From Kiritimatiellia bacterium (lineage in GTDB: Bacteria > Verrucomicrobiota > Kiritimatiellia > RFP12 > UBA1067): a stretch of DNA of 64,000 bases. This document shows positions 43,701 to 53,623 of this stretch, one piece after another. Every line of letters begins with the position of its first letter. Within the stretch, counting starts at the first letter, position 1. The stretch lies in contig JBMNFY010000017.1 in NCBI GenBank assembly GCA_050949565.1, positions 1,431,299 through 1,495,298 on the forward strand. The letters run 5' to 3'. A model generated the notes under the pieces. That model was given only the letters and a program-made list of their open reading frames with translations. It searched no databases and was not told the origin of the DNA. The position numbers and the translations under genes are program-made.

Positions 43701-45296
43701 CCGCGCGCTGCGAGGCTGCGCGGCCGCGCGGGTTTCGAAGAGCTTGTGCTCGATGCTGTCCAGCAACGCTTGCCACGACGCCTCGATAATGTTTTCGGAG
43801 ACGCCCACAGTGCTCCACTGGCGTGTGCCGTCGCCGGACTCGATCAGTACGCGCGTCACCGCCCGGGTCGCCTCTTCCGGATCAAGGATGCGCACCCGGT
43901 AGTCCGTCAGCGCGATCTGCTCGATCTCAGGATAGAAGCGCGTCAGGGCCTGGCGTAGCGCCGCGTTGAGCGCGTCAACCGGACCCTGCCCTTCGCCGGC
44001 CGTCAGCCCGGTCACGCCGCCGACCTTGATCTTGACCGTGGCTTCAGAGAGGCACGGCTCTTCGTTGCCGCGCTTCTCGACAATCACGCGGAAGCCCTCT
44101 AACTCGAAGAAGGGATGGTGCTGGTTGAGCACTTTCTGCAGCAGGATCTTAAAGGAGCCATCCGCCGACTCGTAGGAATAGCCCTGCTCCTCGCGCCGCT
44201 TGACCTCGTCCAGAATCGCCCGCGCCCGCTCTTTGTCCAATCCGCTGAAATCGGTGCCCAACTCGGCGGCCTTCATCATCACGTTGGACGCGCCCGATAA
44301 TTCGGAGACCAGCACATGGCGCTGATTGCCCACCGCCTCGGGGGCGATGTGCTCGAAGGTGCGCGTGTTTTTCTGGATGGCATTGACATGCGCGCCCGCC
44401 TTGTGACTGAAGGCTGAGCGTCCCGTGTAAGGCTGACGCGGGTCCGGCCGCTGATTGGCCAGGTCGTCGGTCACCAGTGAAACCTCGCGCAGCCGGCGCA
44501 GCCGCTCGGCGCCCACGCACTCAAACCCCATCTTCAGTTCGAGCGCGGGGATGATCGTGGTCATGTTGGCGTTACCGGTGCGTTCGCCGTAGCCGTTGAT
44601 GCAGCCCTGCACCTGACGCGCACCGGCACGCACGGCTTCCAGCGAACTGGCCACCGCCAACCCGCCGTCATTGTGCGTATGGATGCCGACCTGCGCATCG
44701 GGCAATGCCGCGCACACTGCCTGTGTGATCGTGAAAACCTCGTGCGGCAGGGTACCGCCGTTGGTATCGCAGAGCACCACACCAGCGGCCCCCTCGCGCA
44801 TCGCCATCTGTAGCGTGTTCAGCGCATATTCTGGATCATCCTTGTAGCCATCGAAAAAATGCTCGGCATCAAAAAACACGCTCCGCCCCGCCGCCCGCAG
44901 GAAACCCACGGTGTCGGCGATCATCTGCAAGTTGTTCTCGCCGGTGGTGCGTAGCACATCGCGCACGTGCATCAGCCATGATTTGCCGTAGATCGTGACC
45001 CACTCGGTCTCTGCCGCCAGCAGGCCGGCGAGTTGCGGGTCGCCCTGCGCGTCCAGATCCACGCGCCGCGTGCTGCCGAACGCGACGATGCGGGCGTGCG
45101 ACAATTGCTCCTTGCGGATGTCGTCGAAAAAACGGCGGTCACGCGGGTTTGACCCCGCAAACCCTCCCTCGATAAAATCGACCCCGAACTCATCCAGCAG
45201 ATGCGCGAAACGCACCTTGGCTGTATCCGAGAAGGAGATGCCCTCGCCCTGCGCCCCGTCGCGCAGCGTCGTGTCGTAGATGTAGACTTTTTCCAT
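43695..45296 (-). CDS. cimA: (R)-citramalate synthase / 2-isopropylmalate synthase family (CimA-like)
   Basis: 'YDTTLRDGAQ...EGGFAGSNPRD' resembles the Geobacter-type CimA N-terminus; C-terminal LeuA-dimer-like region; 533 aa. Confidence 0.7.
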   Translation of the reverse strand: MEKVYIYDTTLRDGAQGEGISFSDTAKVRFAHLLDEFGVDFIEGGFAGSNPRDRRFFDDIRKEQLSHARIVAFGSTRRVDLDAQGDPQLAGLLAAETEWVTIYGKSWLMHVRDVLRTTGENNLQMIADTVGFLRAAGRSVFFDAEHFFDGYKDDPEYALNTLQMAMREGAAGVVLCDTNGGTLPHEVFTITQAVCAALPDAQVGIHTHNDGGLAVASSLEAVRAGARQVQGCINGYGERTGNANMTTIIPALELKMGFECVGAERLRRLREVSLVTDDLANQRPDPRQPYTGRSAFSHKAGAHVNAIQKNTRTFEHIAPEAVGNQRHVLVSELSGASNVMMKAAELGTDFSGLDKERARAILDEVKRREEQGYSYESADGSFKILLQKVLNQHHPFFELEGFRVIVEKRGNEEPCLSEATVKIKVGGVTGLTAGEGQGPVDALNAALRQALTRFYPEIEQIALTDYRVRILDPEEATRAVTRVLIESGDGTRQWSTVGVSENIIEASWQALLDSIEHKLFETRAAAQPRSARI

Positions 45297-45310
45297 AGGC
45301 TTCGCCCGCG

Positions 45311-46663
45311 TCAGAAGAACGCTTTGTAGAGCGCTTGCACGGCCTTGGCGCGCTGCTCGGCTTTGACGCCGAACATCATGCTGATTTCGGAAGAGCCCTG
45401 GTTCATCATCTCAATGTTGACCCCGGCGTCGGAGAGCGCCCGGGTGGCCTTGGCGGCCATGCCCACTGTGTAGTAGAGCCCCTCGCCCACCACCATGATC
45501 AACGCATAGCCGCGTTCGACCAGCACAGCGTCAGGGTTGAGGTCACGCTTGATGCGCTCCACCACGCGGCGCTCGCACTCCGGACTGAAGTTCTTGTCGC
45601 GGATCACCACGGAGACGTTGTCGATACCCGAGGGCATGTGTTCGTATGAGACGCCTTCCCACTCCAGGATCTGCAACAGGTGACGCCCGAAACCAACCTC
45701 GCGGTTCATCATGTACTTGTCGACAAAGATGTTGCAGAAGCCGTCGTCGCTCGCGATGCCCACGACACATCCCGCCAGCACACGGCGCGTCTGCACGATC
45801 ATCGTGCCCGGCTCTTCGGGCCGGTTGGTGTTGCGCACGTTGATCGGCACGCCGGCCTTGATCGCCGGGACGACCGCCTCGTCGTGGAAAACACCGAACC
45901 CGGCATAGGAAAGCTCACGCATCTCACGGTAGGTCATCACCGGTATCCCGGACTTGACCTCCGGCACCAGACGCGGGTCGACCGGATAGACCGAGTCGAC
46001 ATCCGTGAAATTCTCGTAGACACTGGCCTTGACCGCCGCCGCCAAGATCGCTCCGGTAATGTCCGAACCGCCACGCGGGAAGGTCGCCACCTGGCCCTCT
46101 TTTGTATAACCGAAAAACCCGGGGAAGATCACCAGCTCATCATGGTCGATCAACGTCTTGGCGATGTTCTGATACGATTCGTCAAGCAGCCGCGCGTTGT
46201 CGTAGTCATTCGTCAGATACATGCCGGCATCCTGGGGGCTCATATACGTCGCACGCGCGCCGCGTGACTGGAAGGCCTGGGCCACCAGCTTGGCGCTGTT
46301 ATCCTCGCCGGCCGCCTTCATGCTGGCCAGAAAAATGCCGCGGTGCGACTTGTCGCCCGCCAGGCGGAAGCGCAGGTCTTTTTCGATTTCGGCGGTGATG
46401 CCGTCCGGCAGACCCAACTCACGCTGGATTTCAGCATAGCGTTCCACAATAGCGGCGAGTGCCGCCTCGTAATCTCCGTCCACCAGCGCCAGTTCAGCGC
46501 ACGCCATCAGCAGATCGGTGACCTTGACGTCGTCCTTTGTGCGTTTGCCTGGTGCCGACACGACCACGATGCGGCGCTCCGGATCGGCCAGCACGATATC
46601 CACAATCTTGGCCACTTGCTCCGCGTTGGCGAGTGATGTCCCGCCGAATTTACATACCTTCAT
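45311..46663 (-). CDS. Aspartate kinase
   Basis: 'KFGGTSLA' N-terminus and C-terminal ACT domains. The ATG at 46663 is preceded by a GGGAG ribosome-binding site. Confidence 0.9.
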   Translation of the reverse strand: MKVCKFGGTSLANAEQVAKIVDIVLADPERRIVVVSAPGKRTKDDVKVTDLLMACAELALVDGDYEAALAAIVERYAEIQRELGLPDGITAEIEKDLRFRLAGDKSHRGIFLASMKAAGEDNSAKLVAQAFQSRGARATYMSPQDAGMYLTNDYDNARLLDESYQNIAKTLIDHDELVIFPGFFGYTKEGQVATFPRGGSDITGAILAAAVKASVYENFTDVDSVYPVDPRLVPEVKSGIPVMTYREMRELSYAGFGVFHDEAVVPAIKAGVPINVRNTNRPEEPGTMIVQTRRVLAGCVVGIASDDGFCNIFVDKYMMNREVGFGRHLLQILEWEGVSYEHMPSGIDNVSVVIRDKNFSPECERRVVERIKRDLNPDAVLVERGYALIMVVGEGLYYTVGMAAKATRALSDAGVNIEMMNQGSSEISMMFGVKAEQRAKAVQALYKAFF

Positions 46664-46683
46664 CGCCACATCCACTCCCTCTG

Positions 46684-47991
46684 CTAGATCATTCTCAGTT
46701 TAACCGGCTCTTCATTCAGTACGCCCGCGGCCCGGATTTCGCGCAGCGCCGCGTCCATCTCTGCGCCTTTAGCCGGATGTGTCAGGATCACCACCGGCAC
46801 ATATCCGGCATCGGCCGCCAACTCAGCGGGCGGCTCTTGCTGCGTGGCCGCCAGGATGCTCACGCCGTGACGGCCGAGAATGGTCGTCATCGTGCCCAGC
46901 GAACCGGCCTTGTCCAGCACCATCAACCGCACGTAGTAGCGGCTGACAATCTCTGCGGCGGGGCGCACGCGCAACTGACCCTGATTGGCCGTACACACGC
47001 CGCGCCGATAGCGCGACCGGCCCGACATCAGGTTGCGCGCGATGTCGCCGATATCGCCGATCACGGTGCTGGCCGTAGGTTCGCGTCCGGCCCCGCGCCC
47101 GTAATAGAGCGTATCGCCGCTGAGGTCGCCGTGCACCATCGCCGCGTTGAACACTTGGTTCACCGAAGCCAGCATGTGCGTGAGCGGCACCAGCGTGGGA
47201 TGCACGCGCACCTCCACCTCGCCGGCATCGCGCTTGACCACGGCCAGCAGCTTGATGCGGTATCCGAACCCGGCCGCGAATTTGACGTCCATGCCCGACA
47301 GATTGCGGATGCCCTCCACCAGCACCTGATCCAGCGGCACGTGAAAGCCGTACGCCAGCGAAGCCAGAATGACCGCCTTGTGCGCCGTATCCAGCCCATC
47401 GATATCCAAGGCTGGATCGGCTTCGGCATAACCGGCCTTCTGCGCCTCTTTCAACACTTTGGCAAACGGCAACCCCTCGCGCTCCATGCGTGTCAGGATG
47501 TAATTGCAGGTGCCGTTGAGAATCCCGTGGATGCTCTGGATCTCATTGCCCGCCAGCCCCTCGCGCAACACGCGGATGATCGGGATGCCGCCGCCCACGC
47601 TCGCACCGAAATAGATGTCTACGCCGTTCTTCTCGGCGGCGCCGAAAATCTCCTCGCCGCATTCAGCCAGCAGCTTCTTGTTGGCCGTGACCACCGACTT
47701 GCCGGCATTCAGCGCGGCCAGCACGAAGGTTTTAGCCACACCGGTGCCGCCGATGAGTTCCACGACGATCTGGATGGCGGGGTCATTGATGATCGTCATC
47801 GCGTCGGTCGTCAGCAACGCAGGATCGACCTTCACACCACGGTCAGTCGTGATGTCGACATCCGCGATACGCTTGAGCACGGTCTCAACGCCCAGCCGCT
47901 GCGCCATCACCTTGCGGTTGCGCTGCAGGCCGTCCACGACGCCCGCGCCCACAGTCCCGAATCCGATAAGCCCTACACCGATCTGCTTCAT
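46684..47991 (-). CDS. hom: Homoserine dehydrogenase
   Basis: 'IGVGLIGFGTVG' Rossmann motif and C-terminal ACT domain; 435 aa. Confidence 0.9.
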   Translation of the reverse strand: MKQIGVGLIGFGTVGAGVVDGLQRNRKVMAQRLGVETVLKRIADVDITTDRGVKVDPALLTTDAMTIINDPAIQIVVELIGGTGVAKTFVLAALNAGKSVVTANKKLLAECGEEIFGAAEKNGVDIYFGASVGGGIPIIRVLREGLAGNEIQSIHGILNGTCNYILTRMEREGLPFAKVLKEAQKAGYAEADPALDIDGLDTAHKAVILASLAYGFHVPLDQVLVEGIRNLSGMDVKFAAGFGYRIKLLAVVKRDAGEVEVRVHPTLVPLTHMLASVNQVFNAAMVHGDLSGDTLYYGRGAGREPTASTVIGDIGDIARNLMSGRSRYRRGVCTANQGQLRVRPAAEIVSRYYVRLMVLDKAGSLGTMTTILGRHGVSILAATQQEPPAELAADAGYVPVVILTHPAKGAEMDAALREIRAAGVLNEEPVKLRMI

Positions 47992-48189
47992 ACCCTTTGC
48001 CTTCCTGTGGCTGTCAAAAAAACGAAGGCTATAGGGTAGTAAAAAACAGGAAGAGGAACAAGCTTAAGACGAAGCCGAAGATCGGTTAGCCTAAAAAGAG
48101 CAGTTGAACCGTCAACTCTCTTTGGTTTCTGGTTTCAAGGCTTCATGGTTTCATCCAAATCGGGATCGGGATCGCTATCGGGATCGATT

Positions 48190-48272
48190 GTTTAACCACG
48201 GAACACACCGAACACACGGAAAGGCATGGCTCTGTTTCCGTGTGTTTAGTGTGTTCCGTGGTTCCAATCAGA
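48190..48272. repeat. Long hairpin: a 29-bp stem with two mismatches, AACCACGGAACACACCGAACACACGGAAA ... TTTCCGTGTGTTTAGTGTGTTCCGTGGTT. It is a MITE-TIR-like 'GTTTAACCAC' module folded on itself. GGGATCGGGATCGCTATCGGGATCG sits upstream at 48161
   Basis: Direct inspection. Confidence 0.7.
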
Positions 48273-48371
48273 AATTGCGTTCTGCACCAAACAGGTGCGG
48301 CGAGGATCGCGATGAAAGCCAATGTTTACGCGGCTTTGCTCAAAATCCGTACGCCCAACTGCCGTTTTTAG

Positions 48372-48465
48372 GGTTAGTGACAGGGGGTGCGAGTCGGGCG
48401 TTTCTGGTGAAAAGGGGGGCAGGGAGTCGGGAGCGTGGGCGTCCTCGCCCGCAACAACGTGTCTC
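48372..48465. repeat. Partial REP/MITE copy: left TIR GGTTAGTGACAGGGGGTGCGAGTCG plus the core ...GTTTCTGGTGAAAAGGGGGGCAGGGAGTCGGGAGCGTGGGCGTCCTCGCCCGC
   Basis: Same family as 55180-55310 and 27645-27724. Confidence 0.65.
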
Positions 48466-48879
48466 GCAAAAGGCTGATGCTTACACATACTCGTTTTTAG
48501 GTTTTTTGACAGGATTTACATGATTAACATGATTTGACAACACTAAGGGACAGGTGTTTTGGCCACGCTAAAAATGCCCAAGTTATGGGCAAGGAAAGGA
48601 GCACGGACATTCCTGTCCGTGCCACGGGTTGGAAAACCCGTGCCCCTGTTTTAATGCCAAGTTATAGGCAAGACGATTGATTTAGACGATTCTCAAGTGG
48701 CGTGGCTCGCGGAGCGCTGGGAGGGACGAGCGTTGCTCGTCCGGGCGGCGTTTCACGCCGCCACACGGGCAAGATGCCCGTGCCACACAGCCCGGCACCT
48801 GCAACTAGGGGACAGGTATTTAGACCCCCAAAAAACCTTCGTGCCCTTTGTGCCTTTGTGTGAGAAAAAACTCCTGCCT

Positions 48880-50298
48880 CTAGCCGATTATGTCGAAGCC
48901 GAAGTACCGCACCGCATTGCGGTAGCAGATGTCTTTGACGATCTCGCCGACCCACGGGATGTCGTCGGGAATCCTGCCGTCCGTAATGTCGCCGCCCAGC
49001 AGATTACAGAGGATGCGGCGGAAGTATTCGTGGCGCGTATAGCTTAGGAAAGAGCGGCTATCCGTCAGCATGCCGACGAAACGGCTGAGCAGCCCGAGTT
49101 GCGAGAGCGCCTCTAACTGGCGCAACATGCCATCGCGCTGATCGTTGAACCACCAGCCGCTGCCGAACTGCATGCGGCCGGCCACCGGACCGCGCTGGAA
49201 ATTGCCGATCATCGTGCCGACCACTTCGTTGTCGCGCGGATTGAGCGTATAGATCACGACGCGCGGCAGGGCGTCTGCCTGCTCCAGCCGGTCAAACAGT
49301 CGCGCCATAGGCACCGCCACGTTCCAGTCGCCGATGCTGTCGAATCCGGTGTCCGGGCCGAGCGCCTCGAACATCCGAGTGTTGTTGTTGCGCAGAGCGC
49401 CGTAGTGGATCTGGGCGCTCCAATCACTGCGCGCGTCCATACTCAGCGCTTCAAACAAAAACGCCGAACGGAACGCGGCGATCTCATCAGCCGTGGCGGT
49501 GCCGCCTTGGCGTACACGCGCGAAGAGTTCGCGGATCGCGGCATCGCGGTAGGGCGTGGCATAGAGCGTATCCAGCCCGTAGTCGGAAAGACAACAACCG
49601 TTCTGCGCAAAGAAGTCGTGGCGCTTCTGCAAAGCGCAGAGCAGGTCGTCCCACGTCGCGACCGGCATGGCTGCGGCGGCGGCGAGCCGATCCAGCCACG
49701 CATTCCAAAAGGCGGGCCGGTCGATGGCCAGCGCCTTGTCCGGACGCCAGGTGGGCAGAACCTGCACCTCAAAGCCCGAGGCCTTCACCGCCGCATGGTG
49801 TTCGAGCGTGTCACAGGGATCGTCCGTGGTGCAGACCAGCCGCACGTTGCTGCGCGTCATCAGGCCACGCGCGCTGAAAGCGGGCTCTGCCAGACGTTCG
49901 GCGGTCGTCGACCAGACCGCCTCCGCCGTGGCGGGCGTCAGCAGATCGTAAATGTCGAAATAGCGCGCGAGTTCAAGCTGCGACCAATCGAAGAGCGGGT
50001 TGCGCAACAGGTAGGGCATGGTTTCGGCGAACTTCTGGAACTTCTCGCGGTCGGGCGCGTCGCCGGTGATAAAGCGCTCGTCGATCCCGTTGGAGCGCAT
50101 GGCGCGCCACTTATAGTGGTCGCCGCCGAGCCACACCTGCGCCATATTCTCCCAGCGCTTGTCTTGCGCGATCTCCGCCGGCGGCAGGTGGCAGTGGTAG
50201 TCAATGATCGGCATCTGCGCGGCGTAGCCGTGATACAACTCGCACGCCGCCGGGCTCTGAAGTAAAAAATCGTCGTGGATAAAAGGTTTTGCAGTCAT
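48880..50298 (-). CDS. uxaC: Glucuronate isomerase
   Basis: 'MPIIDYHCHL' N-terminus; about 470 aa. Confidence 0.85.
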   Translation of the reverse strand: MTAKPFIHDDFLLQSPAACELYHGYAAQMPIIDYHCHLPPAEIAQDKRWENMAQVWLGGDHYKWRAMRSNGIDERFITGDAPDREKFQKFAETMPYLLRNPLFDWSQLELARYFDIYDLLTPATAEAVWSTTAERLAEPAFSARGLMTRSNVRLVCTTDDPCDTLEHHAAVKASGFEVQVLPTWRPDKALAIDRPAFWNAWLDRLAAAAAMPVATWDDLLCALQKRHDFFAQNGCCLSDYGLDTLYATPYRDAAIRELFARVRQGGTATADEIAAFRSAFLFEALSMDARSDWSAQIHYGALRNNNTRMFEALGPDTGFDSIGDWNVAVPMARLFDRLEQADALPRVVIYTLNPRDNEVVGTMIGNFQRGPVAGRMQFGSGWWFNDQRDGMLRQLEALSQLGLLSRFVGMLTDSRSFLSYTRHEYFRRILCNLLGGDITDGRIPDDIPWVGEIVKDICYRNAVRYFGFDIIG

Positions 50299-50412
50299 GG
50301 TTCCATGGTATCCTAACGGCTGACGCCGGGTCAATGAAACCGACGTTTACTTTTTAGACCAGCCCCCTCCCACCCTCGAACGAAATCCATCCCTTGCGAT
50401 GGGATTGTGCTG

Positions 50413-52350
50413 CTATTTGGCGAAGCCTCGCACGCCCCTGACCTTGAGCTTGATTGAATAGACGCCTCTCTTGCCGCAAACATACAGGATGTTCTTGTCC
50501 GGCCCGCCGATGCAGCAGTTCCCGCACCAGAACTCCGGAATCCTGATGACGCCGAGCTTCTCGCCGTTCCGGTCCCACACGTTGATGTCTTCCGCCGTCA
50601 TGTACAGTCGTCCGTCCGCATCGATCGTCATGCCGTCGGTTCCGAACCCTATGTCGCAGAAAAGACGCTTGTCCGAGAGACGTCCGTTCTCGTCGATGGA
50701 ATACGCCCAGCATTTCCTGCCGCGGTGGTCGGCCACGTAGAGCGTCTTGCCGTCCGGCGTTCCCGTGATGCCGTTCGGTTCCACGAGGTCGTCGGTCACG
50801 CGGATCACTTCACCGTTTGCGGTCACATAATAGACCTGCTTCGTGTCCATCGGCGGTTGCGCGTATTTCGACCATTCTTTCCACCGGTAGAAGGGATCGG
50901 TAAAATACCATCCCGATCCGTCAGGACGCTCCCACACGTCGTTCGGCCCGTTGAAGTCCCGGCCGCCGAAGCCCTTGGCCAGCACCTTCCGGTCCGTGCC
51001 GTCGCGGTTCAGCAGTCGCAGTTCATTCTCGCCCATCGAGCAGGCCAGCAGCGTTCCGTCTTTCCGGAACAGCATGCCGTTGACATGTCCTGCTGGTCTT
51101 TTGAAGAGCCTGACGCCGTCCGCCTCGTTCCAGCGCAGGATCTCGTCCGACATGAAATCGCTGAAGAACAGGTCTCCGCTCACCGGGTCGACCGTCGCGC
51201 CCTCGGCGGTCTTGAAAACGTCACCGAGCGTGCGCACGTACTCCCCTTCCTCGACAATCTCCCGCATCCGCTCGCCTTCGACGACGTATTGCCACACGTC
51301 GCCGCCCTTCACGCCGCGCCACGTCGCTGGCACGTCGCTCACCGCCAGCGCGCGAAACAGGTCCGGACGCTCCCGATAGGCCCTCACGGCGGCTTCACAG
51401 ACGTTTCCACTGGCTTCGAGATAGATTTTCTCTTTGCCGCCCGGCTGCGCCATGATCTGCTGCGCCCGTTCAAGGATCAGGGATTTCTGGTTCTCGATGT
51501 CGTTGCACGCTTTTCCGCGGCAGCCGGGATCCTTCGCGAAGATCCGTCGCCCGCCGCCCCATCGGACGGGTTCGACGAACTCCACGCCGTGAATCACCTC
51601 ACGTATGCCGTTCCCGCCAAAAGGCGCGGTCGGCTCGTGCCCAAGCAGGATGCGATACTTCGGATCTGCATAGCGTTCAAAAAAAGCCGCGCTTTCGGCC
51701 GCGTTTCCCGTTGATGCGGTCGGTATCTTCCGCACGAGGTTGTCCGGCGAATAGCAGGCATCGCCGGCAATCACGTAAACCTGTCCGCACGCGAGCGGAA
51801 TCTCGACGACCGAATGCCCCGAAGTGTGACCGCCGACCCGGCGCAGGATCATGCGTCCGCCGAAAAGTTCAAGCTGCTCGTCGAATGTCGTGACCGCGCG
51901 TCCATACAGCAGTTTCTTCGCACGTTCCGCCTCCTTCGCTTGAATGTAAACGCGCGCGTCGGGAAATGACGCAAGAGCCCCGATGTGGTCGTCATGGTGA
52001 TGCGTGATAAGGCAGTCGGTAATGGTTTCGGGCGCGATGCCGTTTTTCCTGAGCAATTCGTCGGGGCGGATGAAATGCTCGGCCGTTCGCCCGAGGAAGA
52101 AAAACTTATCGCACCCGACGTCGACGAGAATGCGGCGTTCGCCGAAATCAATGAAGTGGAACAGGAGCGATATCGTCTGCAGCTTCTCCTTTGATCCGCC
52201 CGGAAAGATCATGTTCTCCGGCAGGTCGAACTCGCCATACTTGCAGGTCCAGAGGCGCGGTTTCGGCGCATCGTTCTCACCGTGCGACATGCCAAGGAGC
52301 GGATAAAGGCCGCTCAGCGAAACAAACAAAAACACAAGCACTGTTCTCAT
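50413..52350 (-). CDS. Secreted fusion protein: an N-terminal MBL-fold metallohydrolase (HxHxDH) and a C-terminal SMP-30/gluconolactonase/LRE-like beta-propeller
   Basis: Signal peptide. 'ITHHHDDHIG' metal-binding motif. The C-terminal half has SGL-type repeats ('TDG...LYV...'). Confidence 0.65.
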   Translation of the reverse strand: MRTVLVFLFVSLSGLYPLLGMSHGENDAPKPRLWTCKYGEFDLPENMIFPGGSKEKLQTISLLFHFIDFGERRILVDVGCDKFFFLGRTAEHFIRPDELLRKNGIAPETITDCLITHHHDDHIGALASFPDARVYIQAKEAERAKKLLYGRAVTTFDEQLELFGGRMILRRVGGHTSGHSVVEIPLACGQVYVIAGDACYSPDNLVRKIPTASTGNAAESAAFFERYADPKYRILLGHEPTAPFGGNGIREVIHGVEFVEPVRWGGGRRIFAKDPGCRGKACNDIENQKSLILERAQQIMAQPGGKEKIYLEASGNVCEAAVRAYRERPDLFRALAVSDVPATWRGVKGGDVWQYVVEGERMREIVEEGEYVRTLGDVFKTAEGATVDPVSGDLFFSDFMSDEILRWNEADGVRLFKRPAGHVNGMLFRKDGTLLACSMGENELRLLNRDGTDRKVLAKGFGGRDFNGPNDVWERPDGSGWYFTDPFYRWKEWSKYAQPPMDTKQVYYVTANGEVIRVTDDLVEPNGITGTPDGKTLYVADHRGRKCWAYSIDENGRLSDKRLFCDIGFGTDGMTIDADGRLYMTAEDINVWDRNGEKLGVIRIPEFWCGNCCIGGPDKNILYVCGKRGVYSIKLKVRGVRGFAK

Positions 52351-52425
52351 GGGGCTCCCTAGGTTAAGTCATGTTGGGCCTTCGCCGCGTCTTTTGTCCA
52401 TTCTACAGATCTCTTTTCGAAGCGA

Positions 52426-53622
52426 TCACCGGATTTCGGAAAGATCGACCGTCGGCAGGTTGCAGGCGTCGAGCGAGACCTTGTGAACGAGCAGGTCATG
52501 TTCGTAGAGCCCGGGCGGATTGGGAATTTCGCCGCGGATGATGCGCGCCAACTCCTGAAGCTGTCCCGCATAGCGATCCGTCGGCACCGGGAACGAAATG
52601 CGGTTGATGCCGGTGTGGTACCCCGCCGCCTTCGCCGCGCCGTTCACGACCTTCAAATACATTTTCACTTCGAGCTTGTCAACGCGGGCAAGACCTTCAT
52701 TCAGCCCCGTCGTGTGCTTGACTGTCCTGAAGTCCTCGATCGGTTCGAGCGCCATCGACCCGTTGGTCCCGTCGATCCGAATGTGGCGGCACGGCTGCGT
52801 GCCGCGCGAGCAAACGCGGATCACGACGTTTGCACGCGGATATTCGAGAATTGTCAACGAATGCGTGAGCGCATCCTCCGGATCTCCCGGCGCCGCCTTG
52901 AGAATCGAATACGTCTTCGCCGGCAACGCATCGTTGAAGATCGGCATCGCCCACTCGATCACGTGGCACGCGAGAAGGTAGGCCGTGCCCCCAGGGTAAA
53001 ACGATGCGTATTCGGGATATTTCGGATAGCCGTAACTGTGATCGAGATCGGCTTCGACTGAGTAGATCTCCCCGAGCGCTCCCGACTTCGCGATTTCCAC
53101 CATCTTGTTGATGGCCGCGTTGGAGCGGAACATGTAGCCGATTTGGAGCGGCACACCCAGACGTTCACAGATGCGACTCATCTTCGCGAACCCGGCCTGA
53201 TCCGTGCCGAGGGGCTTGTCCATGTGCATCGGGATTCCATGGTGCGCGATTTCGGTCGCGACACCGACCAGTTCCGAGTTGGAACACTCAATGACGATGA
53301 GGTCCGGCTTCACCTCGTCGAAAACCTGCTGCGGCGTGAAACACGGATAGTTGGTGTAGCCTTTCAACGACGGCTCAGTCATCCGCATCGCCGTCGAGGC
53401 GCGGTCATCCACCCAGCCGACCATCTCGAAGTCATTCGTGAGCTTCAGCACCGCATCCCACTTGCCGCGCGAATGGTTGTGAATAATTCCCCAATGGACG
53501 ACCCGCGCCTTGCGGTTTCCGATTGGTTTCCATTGCTCCCCCACCGCCCTCTCGCAGACCACGCAGCCGACCAACAACATCGCCGCCACGCCGAAAATTC
53601 CCTTCAGCCTGTTCGTGCTCAT
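52426..53622 (-). CDS. Gfo/Idh/MocA-family NAD(P)-dependent oxidoreductase (lipoprotein-type signal)
   Basis: Rossmann N-terminus. The start at the internal ATG abuts the upstream stop. Confidence 0.7.
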   Translation of the reverse strand: MSTNRLKGIFGVAAMLLVGCVVCERAVGEQWKPIGNRKARVVHWGIIHNHSRGKWDAVLKLTNDFEMVGWVDDRASTAMRMTEPSLKGYTNYPCFTPQQVFDEVKPDLIVIECSNSELVGVATEIAHHGIPMHMDKPLGTDQAGFAKMSRICERLGVPLQIGYMFRSNAAINKMVEIAKSGALGEIYSVEADLDHSYGYPKYPEYASFYPGGTAYLLACHVIEWAMPIFNDALPAKTYSILKAAPGDPEDALTHSLTILEYPRANVVIRVCSRGTQPCRHIRIDGTNGSMALEPIEDFRTVKHTTGLNEGLARVDKLEVKMYLKVVNGAAKAAGYHTGINRISFPVPTDRYAGQLQELARIIRGEIPNPPGLYEHDLLVHKVSLDACNLPTVDLSEIR

Positions 53623-53623
53623 T

